A DNA stretch of 34,709 nt from contig NW_024055491.1 in assembly GCF_902713615.1 (NCBI RefSeq), positions 248,001 through 282,709 on the forward strand, in the 5' to 3' direction. Of this stretch, positions 21,547 to 33,306 are shown one piece after another (the stretch's first letter is position 1; each line of letters begins with the position of its first letter). The position numbers were made by a program, and so were the translations under genes. Source of the DNA: Scyliorhinus canicula (lineage: Eukaryota). Below the pieces are notes generated by a model. It was not told the DNA's origin and made no database searches. It saw only the letters and a list, made by a program, of their open reading frames with translations.

Positions 21547-21639
21547 TCTGCTGCCTGAAGCTGATGGTTTAGATGACGGGGATCGGGAGACTGCAAACCT
21601 GGACTGCTCTGGGAGACTGCTCCTCAGAGCTGAACTAAA

Positions 21640-21690
21640 ATTAAATTACGCCTTTAAATCGGTAAATTAGGCCACGCCCCCAGGCCACCT
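21640..21690 (-). promoter_or_regulatory. Candidate V promoter (GC box and TATA-like element)
   Basis: GGGGCGTGG (~21682-21674) followed by TTTAAAG about 105-110 bp upstream of the ATG; motif match only. Confidence 0.35.
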
Positions 21691-21831
21691 CACAACAGAA
21701 CTTGAGTATTGAAGCGGAACAGCCGGTTGCAAACACTCAGTCGAACATCCACAGCTCTTGCTACCAGGGAGCCTCCAGTTGCCTGTCGCTTCATTGGATT
21801 TGTGAGCTGGGGTTCAAACGTAGCTCAAACT

Positions 21832-22088
21832 GGGCGCCAAGGTAGCACAGTGGTGAGCACTGTTGCTTCACAGTGCCAGGCACCCGGGTTTGATTTCTGA
21901 CTTGGGTCACTGTCTGTGTGCGGAGTCTGAACGTTCTCCCCGTGTCTGCGTGGGTTTCCTCCAGGTGCTGCGGGTTCCTTCCACAAGTCCCGAAAGACGT
22001 GCTGTTAGATGAATTGAACATTCTGAATTCTCCCTCTGTGAACCCGAACAAGCGCCGGAATGTGGCAACTAGGGGGTTTTCACAGTAA
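21832..22088 (+). mobile_element. V-SINE copy
   Basis: tRNA head, V-core, CCCGAAAGACGTGCTGTTAG tail. Confidence 0.85.
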
Positions 22089-23142
22089 ATGTCAAATCAG
22101 AATGCCGGAACCTCAGGACCAGCAACTTCCTTCAATCCAGAAACTGATGATCAGGTTACAGTATGATACAGACCACTGATAATATCCAGGTAGATATTTA
22201 CAATATACATGATGATTATTGCACCATCGCCGTCTCTGTTTTATAATACCAACAATGCTTCAATTTAGTAATGATTACTTTCCAGTTCTGTCATATTCAG
22301 AATGCTCATTTGCAGTGACAGAGAATGGACAAATATTCAGAAGGACAACGTACACTATGGGATCGGGTTAGGGGCTTGGAAGAATGAGGGCAGACAATAT
22401 AAAGTGAATGATGCAAGTTGGTAGGCACTGGGGAAAGAGCGGGAGAGGTGATGTGATGGGAGGGCAGGTTGAAACTTCTGTTAAATCCATTTTAAGTTAT
22501 TGGCTTGATCAGCAGGAAGCGTGTACAGAGGTGAAACTGTTGAAGGTGACTATGCATTTGTATACCGTTGATAATATCTCGGCTAGATTAATGTACAAAT
22601 CTGGACTGCACATCTGAGAATGATTTAAGGGTCTCAGAAAGGGTGCGGGTCAGAATCATTAATATTGAACTAATGAAGAAATGCTTCCGCTTTGTGCAAA
22701 GACTGGGGAATGTGATCCTGCCCTCCGTAAAACAGAGAAGTCTGAGCGAATATTTGGTTGACATTAGACCACAAGACTATAAGATATAGGAGCAGAATTA
22801 AGCCACACGGCCCATCGAGTCTGCTCTGCTCTCAACAATTCCAGTTGAATAAATAAGGAAATATTGCCTCTAGTGGCAGAAGGTTCAGTCACCAGAGGAC
22901 TGTCATTTGAAGGATTGGTATCTGCTAAAGAACCGAAGACAAGTTGACAGGCATTTCCTTTGCGATGTGAGTGTTTGGGACGTGTTCACTGACTGAAAGG
23001 CAAGCGGCTTTAAAAGTCAAAAAAGGAATAGGATAACGTCCTTAAATTGATCCTTTAGCAAGGCAGCGGGACGGAGCAGTGGAGTGAGAGTAAATTGGTA
23101 GTTCTGTTCAGAGGTCATAGGCACCATGTGCTGACTGAATGA

Positions 23143-24050
23143 AATAAAATGAAAATCGCTTATTGTCACAAGATGAAAGATGAAAATCGCTTATTGTCAC
23201 GAGTAGGCTTCAATGAAGTTACTGTGAAAAGCCCCTAGTCGCCACATTCCAGCGCCTGTCCGGGGAGGCTGGTACGGGAATAGAACTGTGCTTCTGGCCT
23301 GCTTGGTTTGCTTTAAAAGCCAGTGAGCTAACCCAGTGAGCTAAACCAGTCCCGCAGGTAGGCTTCAATTAAGTTAATGTGAAAAGCCCCTAGTCGCCAC
23401 ATTCCGGCGCCTGTTCGGGGAGACTGGTACGGGAATTGAACCGGGCTGCTGGCCTGCCTTGGTCTGCTTTCAAAGCCAGTGATTTAGCCCTGTGCTAAAC
23501 CAGCCCCTGACCTCATTGTGGGAATGAATGATGAGGGAATGGAACAGGAAGTTCTTGATGATTCCAGTATCCAAATATTTACCTATTTCCTCTGCAGTTA
23601 CTTTTCGAAGTTCTGTACTAATCTAATGCAATTGAGTAACATATGGCGTGAGTAAAATGTTTGGAGAAGGAAGGTATGGCTTTACCGAGTTCATACTCCA
23701 GAGACAACCACCAAGATCTGGCGCCGTCCAAGGACGGAGGAGGCTGTGTTTTAATCAGATGAATTCTAAAGGAGAAGCAGAGAAAACAATTTTCTTCAAC
23801 ACACCGAGTATCTGGTCGTTTGACTGAAACATACGGAGAATTGGCTGCACATTGCTTAAAGACCAGAAGACCATAAGGGCTGGTTTACCACAGTGGGGCT
23901 AAACAGCTGACTTATAATACAGAACAAGGCCGGCAGCGCGGGTTCAATTCCCGTACCAGCCTCCCCGAACAGGCGCCCGAATGTGGCAACTAGGGGCTTT
24001 TCACAGTAACTTAATTGAAGCCTACTTGTGACAATAAGCCGTTATTATTA
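23143..24050. mobile_element. Cluster of three short tRNA-SINEs (~23143-23350 minus, ~23357-23508 minus, ~23877-24050 plus)
   Basis: Same family as 8824-8998. Confidence 0.8.
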
Positions 24051-25420
24051 TCATATAAGACATAGAAGCAGAATTAGGCCACTGGACCCATTGAGTCTGC
24101 TCCGTCATTCAATCATGGCTGATATTTTTCTCATCCCCATTCTCCTGCCTACTCCCCATAACCTCTGATCCCCTTTTTGATCAAGAACCTATCTATCTCT
24201 GTCTTAAAGACACGCAGTGATTTGGCCTCCACAGCCTTCTGCGGAAAATAGTTCTACAGATTCACCACCCTCTGGCTGAAGAATTCCTCCTCATCTCTGT
24301 TTTAAAGGATCGTCCCTTTAGTTTGAGATTGTGTCCTCTGCTTAAAGTTTTTCCTACAAGTGGAAACATCCTCTCCACGTCCACTCTACCCAGACCTCGT
24401 AGTATCCTGTAATTTCAATAAGATCCCCCCTCATCCTTCTAAACTCCAATGAGTACAGACCAGGGTCCTCAACGTTTCTCATACGCCAAGCTCTTCATTC
24501 CAGGGATCCTTCCTGTTAACCTCCTCTGGACCCTTTCCAAGGCCAGCACATCTGTCCTTAGGTACGGACTCAACACTGCTCACAATATTCCAAATTGGGT
24601 CTGCCCAGAGCCTTATCCAGCCTCAGAAGTACATCCCTGGTCTTCGATTATATCCTCTTGACATGAATGCCAACATTGCATTTGGCTTCCAAACTGCCGA
24701 CTGAACCTGCACGTTAACCTTCAGAGTATCCTGAACAAGGACACCCAAAGTCCCGTTGTGTTTCTGATTTCCTAAGCATTTCCCCATTTCGAAAATAGTC
24801 TGTCTAAATTCCTCTTCCAAACTGCATAACCTCACACTTTTCCACATTGCATTTTATCTGCCATTTTATTGCCCACTCTCCAAGCCATTTCAAATCCCTC
24901 TGCAGACCCCTTGTTTCCTCAATACTATCTTTGTATCCTCTGCAAACCTCGCAACAGTGCCTTCAGTTCCTTCTTCCAGATCATTAATGTATATTCTGAA
25001 AAGTTGTGATTCCAGCACAGATCCCTGAGGCACACCACTGGTCACCGGCTGTCATCCTGAAATAGGATCCCCACTTTATCCCCACTCTCTGCCTTCTGCC
25101 AGTCAGTCAATCCTCTCTCTATTACCAATGTCTTGCCCTTAACACCATGGGCTCTTAACCTTTTGAACAATCTCTGATGCGGCACCTTGTGAAAGGCCTT
25201 CTGGAAATCTAAATAAATCACGTCCGCTGGTTCTCCTTTGCCGAACTTCCTCGTTACCTCCTCAAAGCACTCTAACAGATTTGTCAGACATGACCTCGCA
25301 TTGACAAAGCGGTGCTGACTCAGTCCTATTTTACCATACACTTACAAGTAATCCGTGATCTTATCTTTAAAAAGAGACTATAAAATCTTACAAACGACCA
25401 AAGTCAGGCTGACCGGCCTA
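24050..25420 (-). mobile_element. CR1 LINE fragment (RT to 3' end)
   Basis: SCLTNLLECFEEVT, IYLDFQKAFHKVPH, LGVLVQ motifs; CATAAGACATAG tail. Confidence 0.88.
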
Positions 25421-25475
25421 TCCCGTCTCTGCTTCCCTCCCTTTTGTTTCCTAAATTTAGAATGCCCAATTCACT

Positions 25476-25600
25476 TTTTCCAATTAAGGAACAATTTTAG
25501 CGTGTTCAGCCCACCTACCCAGCACATCTTTGTGTTGTGGGGATAAACTCACGCAAACACGGGGCGAATGTGCAAACTCCACACGGACAGTGACCCAGAG
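25476..25600 (-). mobile_element. V-SINE fragment
   Basis: GGGTCACTGTCCGTGTGGAGTTTGCACATTC core. Confidence 0.75.
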
Positions 25601-25609
25601 CCCGCAGAA

Positions 25610-25900
25610 GGGCAGGTGGAATTGATCCTGTACAGCACTTCGTTCCACATTTCTCCCCCTATCTCCATGCCTATTTCCTCCCCCCATTTCTGCTGCGTTT
25701 TATCCAGTGGCATCCTGACCTCTTGCAAAGGTCGTCCATATACTTCACCACATGGGCCTCCTCCCAGCTTGATACGTTTTAGCATCCTGTCCAGTAGGGT
25801 GTGTCCGGGTACCTGGGGTCTCCTTGCAGAGAAAGACCCGCTGCTGCAGCTATCGAAGTTCGTTCCCTTTCGGGAGTTAGAACTTTTCCGACATTTCCCC
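25610..25900 (-). mobile_element. L1-like ORF2 fragment
   Basis: KWGEEIGMEIGGEMWNEVLYRINST resembles the post-RT region of vertebrate L1/Tx1 ORF2. Confidence 0.5.
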
Positions 25901-26267
25901 AATCTATCTTATGTAAATTATGAAATAGTAAGTTAGAGATTTAGATTTTATTACCCTCAAGTGAAATATAGGGTCTACTGCAATTTTTCATCACTTCCAT
26001 AAGTCATCACATATTCGAGCTATATATCAGAAACTTCCTGTGATGGTGAGATTAAGTCTTGCTAACAAAGCAGCGTATGGGTGATTGCTGCTCCTTATTT
26101 TCGATCTGATTTATATGCATTTCCACCAGGAAACCCAGGAATTGCAGGTTCAACTTTGTAATAGAATGACCACTGCGACATTACGTTGTAACTAAGAAAA
26201 TGCAGGAGAATTGTTCATCAATGCATGATAACGCTAGTAAATGATCTACACCCTAATCATGTGCTTG

Positions 26268-28590
26268 AACATAGAACATAGAACATGACAGCGCAGTAGA
26301 GGCCCTTCGGCCCTCGATGTTGCGCCGACCTGTGAAACCACTCTAAAGCCCATCTACACTATTCTCTTATCGTCCATATGCCTATCCAATGACCTCTTAA
26401 CCCTCTTCACTCTAATGAAAACAGTATCAAATCCCTCAGCCTTCCCTCATAAGATCTTCCCTCCATACCACACAACATTCTGGTTTATCTCTTCTGCACC
26501 CGTTCCAAAGCTTCCACATCCTTCCTATAATGTGCCGACCAGAATTGCCCGCAATACTCCAAATGCGGCCGCACCAGAGTTTTGTACAACTGCAACATGA
26601 CCTCATGGCTCCGAAACTCAATTCCTCTACCAATCAAAGCTAACACACTGTATGCCTTCTTAACAACCCTCTCAACCTGGGTGGCAACTTTCAGGGATCT
26701 ATGTACATGGACACCGAGATCTCTCTGCTCATCCACACTACCAAGAATCTTCCCATTAGCCCAGTACTCTGTCTTCCTGTTATTCCTTTCAAAATTAATC
26801 AGCTCACACTTTTCTGCATTAAATTCCATTTGCCACCTCTCAGCCCCCACATCCTTCCGCACTGTCCACAACTCCACCGACTTTAGTGTCATCTGCAAAT
26901 TTACTCACCCATGCTTCCACGCCCTCCTCCAGGTCATTTATAAAAATGAGAAACAGCAGTGGCCCCAAAACAGATCCTTGTGGTACACCACTAGTAACTG
27001 GACTCCAGCCTGAACATTTCCCATCAACCAACACCCTTTGTCTTCTTCCAGCTACCCAATGTCTGATCCAAACAGCTAAATCACCCTGAATCCCATGCTT
27101 CCGTATTTTCTGCAGTAGCCTACCGTGGGGAACCTTATCAAACGCTTTACTGAATTCCATATACACCATATCAACTGCTTGACCCTCGTCCACCTGTTTG
27201 GTAACCTTTTCAAATAACTCAATAAGGTTTGTGAGGCACGACCTACTATTCACAAAACCATGTTGACTATCTCTAATCAAATTATTCCTTTCCAGATGAT
27301 TATACATCCTATCTCTTATAAACCTTTCCAAGACTTTTCCCACAACAGAAGTAAGGCTCACTGGTCTATAGTTACCAGGGTGGGCTCTACTCCCCTTCTT
27401 GAACAAGGGGACAACATTTGCTATCTTCCAGTCTTCTGGCACTATTCCTGTATGCAAAGATGACTTAAAGATCAAAGCCAAAGGCTCAGCAATCTCTTCC
27501 CTAGCTTCCCAGAGGATCCTAGGATAAATTCCATCCGGCCCAGAGGACTTATCTATTTTCACACTTTCCAGAATTGCTAACAGCTCTTCCTATGAACCTC
27601 AAGCCCTTCTAGTCTAATAGCCTGGATCTCAGTATTCTCCTCGACAACATTGTCGTTTTCCTGTGTGAACACTGACGAAAAATATTCATTTAGCACCTCT
27701 CCTATCTCCTCGGACTCCACGCACAACTTCCTGCTACTGTCCTTGACTGGCCCTACTCTTACCCTAGTCATTCTTTTATTCCTGACATACCTATAGAAAG
27801 CTTTAGGGTTATCCTTGACCCTACCTGCCAAAGACTTCTCATGTCCTCACTTGGCTCTTCTTAGCTCTCTCTTTCGAGCCTTCCTAGCTAACTTGTAACT
27901 CTCAAGCGACCCGACTGAACCATCACGTCTCATCTTCACATAAGCCTCCTTCTTCCTCTTGACAAGTGTTTCAACTGCTTTAGTAACCCATGGTTCCCTC
28001 ACTCGACCATTTCCTCCCTGCCTAACAGGTACATACTTATCAAGGACACGCAGTAGCTGTTCCTTGAACATGCACCACATTTCCATTGTGTCCATCCCCT
28101 GCAGTTTTCCTCTCCAGGCGATGCATCCTAAGTCTTGCCTCATCGCATCATAATTGCCTTTCCCCCAGCAATAACTCTTGCCCTGCGTTTTATACCTATC
28201 CCTTTCCATCACTAAAGTAAACGTAATCGAATTGTGGTCACTATCACCAAAATGCTCACCTACCTCCAAATCTAACACCTGTCCTGGTTCATTGCCCAGT
28301 ACCAAATCCAATACGGCCTCGCCTCTTGTTGGTCTATCTTCATACTGCATCAGGAAACCCTCCTGCACACATTGGACAAAAACGGATCCATCTAAAGTAC
28401 TCAAACTATAGTGTTTCCAGTCAATATTTGGAAAGTTAAAGTCCCCCATAACAACTACTCTGTTATTTTCGCTCCTATCCAGAATCATCTTTGCAATCCT
28501 TTCCTCTACATCTCTGGAACTTTTCGGAGGCCTATAGAAAAGCCCTGACAGGGTGACCTCTCCTTTCCCGTTTCTGAAATCAGCCCATAC
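26268..28590 (-). mobile_element. CR1 LINE ORF2 (endonuclease C-part, RT, 3' end), with internal deletions; split by the Gypsy insertion
   Basis: [61 protein letters not shown]; CATAGAA tail at ~26270. Confidence 0.95.
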
Positions 28591-28856
28591 TGTGGTGATC
28601 CTCGCCTGAGTCACCAGGGGGCAGCGCGGGGACACCCATAAAAGGAACGCCGAAGGCCCGCCTCCGCCACTTGGAACCGGAGGGGTTGGAGTGGCAAGAG
28701 GTGCCAGAAGCTGGAGGGTGCTAGTCTGTTTGGGGCCTAGTTGCAGAACATTGAAGAGCAGCCTTTTATCAAGTGTAATCTGTAATTTATTGAGGGACAC
28801 AATAAATCATCCTTAACCTAAAGACGACTTCGAGCATTCTTTCAAGAAGCATAACA
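28591..28856 (+). repeat. 5' LTR
   Basis: TGTGGTG...ATAACA; CATAAAA TATA-like element ~28638; AATAAA at 28801. Confidence 0.97.
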
Positions 28857-28870
28857 TGGTACAGGAGTGG
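28857..28870 (+). promoter_or_regulatory. Primer-binding site, tRNA-Leu-like
   Basis: TGGTACAGGAGTGG immediately after the LTR; resembles the complement of a tRNA-Leu 3' end (TGGTACCAGGAGTGG) minus one base. Confidence 0.65.
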
Positions 28871-29004
28871 ATTCTCTGAACAGAGGGAACCAGCGCTACC
28901 AGCAAGACAAAGAAAGACAAAGACAGCAGACAAAGAAGAAGCACCAGCAACAGGCAGGCCACCAGACTTTGCAGCCTCTCAACTTCAGACGACTTTCTGC
29001 AACA

Positions 29005-31896
29005 ATGGAACACACGGCACTTCCAGCGCCAATGAGAGCTACAGGTAATTTAAATTATAATTGGAAAATGTTCAAACAACAATTTGAAATGTACTTGTTA
29101 GCTCAGGACTTACATACAGCCACCGATGGAAAGAAAATTGCACTTTTAATCACATCGTGTGGCCAGCAACTGGTAGACACATATAACTCGTTCACATATG
29201 CGGATACTGAAGACAAAACTAAGTTTCAAGTGATAATGGCAAAATTGGATGAACACTGTAAGTCTCAATCCAATGAAATCATTGAAAGATTCACCCTCCG
29301 TCACAGACTCCAAAAACAAGGGGAGACTATCACCCACTTGGTCACAGAGTTACGCTTGCTGGCACAAGGCTGCAACTTTGGTGATTTAACCAACTCACTC
29401 ATCAGAGATCAGCTAATCTATGGTCTTGCTGACAAAAAACTAAGAGACTCACTATTACTGCAAAACGATTTAACACTAAAAACTACCATAGAAAAATGCT
29501 TGTTACAGGAGCAGAAAATGCAGCAGGTACAGGAGCTATTTGAAAAACATTCCTTACAAAACATCCACCACGAGGACGATATAAAGATGGTGAATTCCCC
29601 TCACAGGTCGTCTCTTCCGTTTTCCAGGCCGTCTCTTCCGTTCTCTGGCCCGTCTGCGCATGCGCACCGTCCTGAAAGACGCGATCCCGGAAGTGATCGG
29701 TCCGCGCATGCGCACTACTCGCAATACCGGCCCTGGTCTGAAAACCGCAATGCGCATGCGCGAACGCAGCATACGCATGACGTCATGACGTGTCATTACT
29801 GCGGCTCCTCCCACTTAAAAGGGCAATGTCCTGCCCAAGGAAAAAGGTGCAGAAAGTGTTCAAAAATGAATCACTTTGCCTCCCAATGTCAATCCACAGC
29901 TAAATTTCACTCGTCCACTCAACGGCATGGCAACCTGAAAGTCCGCACGGTTGATGTCACGAACACTCAGGCTCCCGGCGACAATTTTTCCGACCATGAA
30001 GAATTCAACTCCTGGGAGCACACGTACAGCATTGGCATTATTAATGCCACAGCGGGACCACAGGAGCTGACGACACAACCTCGACACGTGCATGCCATCA
30101 ACTCTGCAAGTGAATGGACTGCCACGGTGCACGTACAGGACTTCCCCATCACGTTCAAACTGGACACGGGAGCCTCAGCAAACTTGCTAACGAGCAAAGA
30201 TCTCGCATCGGTCCCAGGGACGCACGAGGTGTTACCTGCAGCATGCAAGCTCACTGACTACAACGGCAACCCGATCATCTCCAAGGGATCCTGCCACCTA
30301 CAAGTTGCCAACAAAACTGTCGTAACAGGCCTACGCTTTGAGATTGTGGAAGACAACAGGTCCTCGCTGCTCGGCGCTCAAGCCTGCAAGGATTTGCAGC
30401 TCATTCAGCGGATTTTCATGCACACGGCTGCATCATCACGCATTTACGAGGACATACAGCTGCTACTCACCGACTACCCCGACGTTTTCTCGGGCATGGG
30501 TACACTGCCCTACACGTACAGAATCTTGCTCAAAGAGACAGCCATACCGGTTGTTCATGCCCCACGGAGGGTCCCGGCTCCATTGCGGGACAAGCTAAAA
30601 GCCGAACTTCAGCGTCTCCAGACTCAAGGCGTCATCTCAAGAGTCACACAGCCGACCGACTGGGTCAGCTCGCTGGTGTGCGTCAAGAAGCCGTCTGGTG
30701 AACTTCGGATCTGTCTAGATCCCAAAGACCTGAATAAGAACATTCGCAGGGAACACTACCCGATCCCCAAGCGCGAGGAAATCACGAGCGAAATGGCAAA
30801 CGCTCGCATCTTCACCAAGCTTGATGCCTCACAGGGTTTCTGGCAAATGCAGCTCGATGAGTCCAGCCGCCTGCTATGCACCTTCAACACGCCGTTTGGA
30901 AGGTACTGCTATAATCGGATGCCCTACGGCATTATATCTGCATCCGAAATCTTCCACAGAATCATGGAGCAGATGGTAGAAGGCATCGAAGGCGTACGTG
31001 TCTATGTGGATGACATCATCATATGGTCGGCGACGGAGAAAGACCATATTGCGAGGGTGAAGCAAGTCTTCCAGAGGATACACCACTTTGGACTCAAGCT
31101 CAACCGGGCCAAGTGCACTTTCGCACAGTCCTCTCTGACATTCCTGGGCGACACAATCTCAGAGCACGGGGTGAAGCCGGACGCTGAGAAGATCGCTGCA
31201 ATTCAGAGCATGCAGCGACCACAGGACAAGAAAGCGGTTCTAAGGTTCCTGGGATTCGTCAACTTCCTTGGTAAATTCATACCCAACCTGGCAGCACGGA
31301 CAAAGGCGTTGAGGAACGTGACACGGAAGGACACGGAGTTTGCCTGGACCCAGGCTCACCAGGCTGAATGGGATGATCTAAGATACCAGCTGATGGCAGC
31401 TCCAACGCTTGCATTTTTTGACCCGGTGAAACCTACCAAGATCTCCACTGACGCCAGTCAACATGGAATTGGTGCTGTGCTACTGCAACAGGATGACCAG
31501 TTGGACTGGGTTCCAGTGGCTTACGCTTCACGGGCGATGACCGCCACAGAGTGCAGGTATGCACAGATAGAAAAGGAGTGCCTAGGGCTAATAACAGGAG
31601 TGACCAAATTCCACCACTATGTGTACGGTCTCCCCACTTTCATCGTGGAAACGGATCATAGGCCGCTGGTCAATATCATTGACAAGGACCTCAATGATAT
31701 GACGCCGCGCCTACAGCGCATGATGATGAAGTTGCGCAGGTACGACTTCACGCTGGTCTACACCCCTGGCAAGGACCTTGTGATAGCTGACACGTTATCA
31801 CGAGCCATGGACGCTGACAACCCGCCACTGGCGTCCATCAATGATGTGGAAGCTCATGCACAGTGGTGCAAGGAGACGCTCCCGGCAACGGATTAG
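29005..31896 (+). CDS. Gag-protease-RT-RNase H polyprotein, ending at TAG
   Basis: ATG at 29005; two CCHC knuckles (CHYCGSSHLKGQC, CRKCSKMNHFASQC); LDTGAS; YVDD at 31003; TDAS; ETDH. Confidence 0.93.
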   Translation: MEHTALPAPMRATGNLNYNWKMFKQQFEMYLLAQDLHTATDGKKIALLITSCGQQLVDTYNSFTYADTEDKTKFQVIMAKLDEHCKSQSNEIIERFTLRHRLQKQGETITHLVTELRLLAQGCNFGDLTNSLIRDQLIYGLADKKLRDSLLLQNDLTLKTTIEKCLLQEQKMQQVQELFEKHSLQNIHHEDDIKMVNSPHRSSLPFSRPSLPFSGPSAHAHRPERRDPGSDRSAHAHYSQYRPWSENRNAHARTQHTHDVMTCHYCGSSHLKGQCPAQGKRCRKCSKMNHFASQCQSTAKFHSSTQRHGNLKVRTVDVTNTQAPGDNFSDHEEFNSWEHTYSIGIINATAGPQELTTQPRHVHAINSASEWTATVHVQDFPITFKLDTGASANLLTSKDLASVPGTHEVLPAACKLTDYNGNPIISKGSCHLQVANKTVVTGLRFEIVEDNRSSLLGAQACKDLQLIQRIFMHTAASSRIYEDIQLLLTDYPDVFSGMGTLPYTYRILLKETAIPVVHAPRRVPAPLRDKLKAELQRLQTQGVISRVTQPTDWVSSLVCVKKPSGELRICLDPKDLNKNIRREHYPIPKREEITSEMANARIFTKLDASQGFWQMQLDESSRLLCTFNTPFGRYCYNRMPYGIISASEIFHRIMEQMVEGIEGVRVYVDDIIIWSATEKDHIARVKQVFQRIHHFGLKLNRAKCTFAQSSLTFLGDTISEHGVKPDAEKIAAIQSMQRPQDKKAVLRFLGFVNFLGKFIPNLAARTKALRNVTRKDTEFAWTQAHQAEWDDLRYQLMAAPTLAFFDPVKPTKISTDASQHGIGAVLLQQDDQLDWVPVAYASRAMTATECRYAQIEKECLGLITGVTKFHHYVYGLPTFIVETDHRPLVNIIDKDLNDMTPRLQRMMMKLRRYDFTLVYTPGKDLVIADTLSRAMDADNPPLASINDVEAHAQWCKETLPATD

Positions 31897-33165
31897 AAGC
31901 TGCAGCAAATTCGTCAGGCAACACAGGAGGACGCCACCCTCCTTCAAGTCCTACACAACCTGCAGCATGGCTGGCCAAAGGGGCGGTGCCCACAGTTCCA
32001 GAATGTCAAGACTGAACTATCCGTGGTCGATGGCATTATACTGCGGAACGACAGGATCGTCATTCCAATGGCTCTCCGGGCGGACATCCTCCACAGGATT
32101 CACGAAGGGCACCTTGGTGCCGAAAAATGCAAAAGGAGAGCGCGCCAATCTGTTTACTGGCCAGGGATTAACGAGGACATCACCAACATGGTGCTCTCCT
32201 GTGACACGTGCCAAAGACATCGACCGGCACAATGCAAGGAGCCACTGCAGCAGCATGAGATGGCCACGTCACCATGGGACAAAGTGGGCATTGATTTGTT
32301 CCACTCCATGGGCCGCAACTATGTCCTGATCATTGACTACTTCTCCAACTTCCCGGAAGTCCTGCAACTCCCGGATCTCACAGCAGCAGCCGTCATCAAG
32401 GCCTGCAAAGAAACTTTCTCCAGGCATGGCATCCCACGGACGGTCATGTCCGACAATGGTCCTTGTTTTGCCAGCTGGGAGTGGACGGACTTCGCCAAGA
32501 TTTACAATTTCCAGCACATAACGTCGAGTCCCCACTTTCCGCAATCGAATGGCAGGGTGGAGAAAGGTGTCCACATAGTCAAGCAACTCATCAGCAAGGC
32601 TGCGGACTCCAAATCTGACGTACACTTGGCCCTCCTATCGTACCGTTCGTCACCTTTGAGCTCGGGACTATCACCAGCTCAGATGCTTTTCAACAGGGAT
32701 GTGCGGACAACTTTACCAGCGCTACACTTCACCAATCCTGATCACTCGCCTGTCCTGGATCAAATGCGTCAACAGCGCCAAGCGCAAAAGCAGCACTATG
32801 ACAAGCAGGCCAAGGTACTGCCACCGTTGGCCATCGGCGACACAGTGAGGCTGCGAAACCCAGCTGGGGGTTGGTCCAAAATGGCGATGGTCCTCCGCCT
32901 AACATCGCCACGGTCCTACGTCGTGCAGTCGGATGATGGAACAATGGTTCGACGAAATCGGCGAGACCTTCTGAAGGTCACACCTCGTCCACGGGTCCTT
33001 CCGACACTCGATCTGCAGGACACACTGGATCCACAGGACACGGTCATACATCTTCCTGACACCCCAGCAGCAGATGTCCGCACGGACACAAACGACCCTG
33101 GATCTCCAAGCCCACTCAGGAGGTCTACACGGATCAGACGTGCACCTGACCGTCTGAACCTGTGA
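31897..33165 (+). CDS. Integrase, same reading frame, downstream of the in-frame TAG
   Basis: HEGH...CDTC zinc motif, GIDLF, SDNG, VEKG (DDE); the frame is open from 31897. Confidence 0.9.
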   Translation, partial: KLQQIRQATQEDATLLQVLHNLQHGWPKGRCPQFQNVKTELSVVDGIILRNDRIVIPMALRADILHRIHEGHLGAEKCKRRARQSVYWPGINEDITNMVLSCDTCQRHRPAQCKEPLQQHEMATSPWDKVGIDLFHSMGRNYVLIIDYFSNFPEVLQLPDLTAAAVIKACKETFSRHGIPRTVMSDNGPCFASWEWTDFAKIYNFQHITSSPHFPQSNGRVEKGVHIVKQLISKAADSKSDVHLALLSYRSSPLSSGLSPAQMLFNRDVRTTLPALHFTNPDHSPVLDQMRQQRQAQKQHYDKQAKVLPPLAIGDTVRLRNPAGGWSKMAMVLRLTSPRSYVVQSDDGTMVRRNRRDLLKVTPRPRVLPTLDLQDTLDPQDTVIHLPDTPAADVRTDTNDPGSPSPLRRSTRIRRAPDRLNL

Positions 33166-33289
33166 ACATGGACTGACAAATGCATCGCCCTGCCCTGTTC
33201 TGTGTATATACATATATAAACCTAACTCTTTACCTTTGTGTTTTACTACAGCTCTGCAACTACGAAAAAAAAAAAAAAAAAAAAAAAAA

Positions 33290-33306
33290 AAAGTGAAGAA
33301 GGGGGA
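33290..33306 (+). promoter_or_regulatory. Polypurine tract
   Basis: AAAGTGAAGAAGGGGGA directly before the 3' LTR. Confidence 0.85.

Noticed and set aside
27847-28800. 317-aa LTR-antisense/CR1 endonuclease fusion ORF
   Set aside because: Starts at GTG, arises by chance in-frame insertion, and the same N-terminus appears at the 3' LTR.
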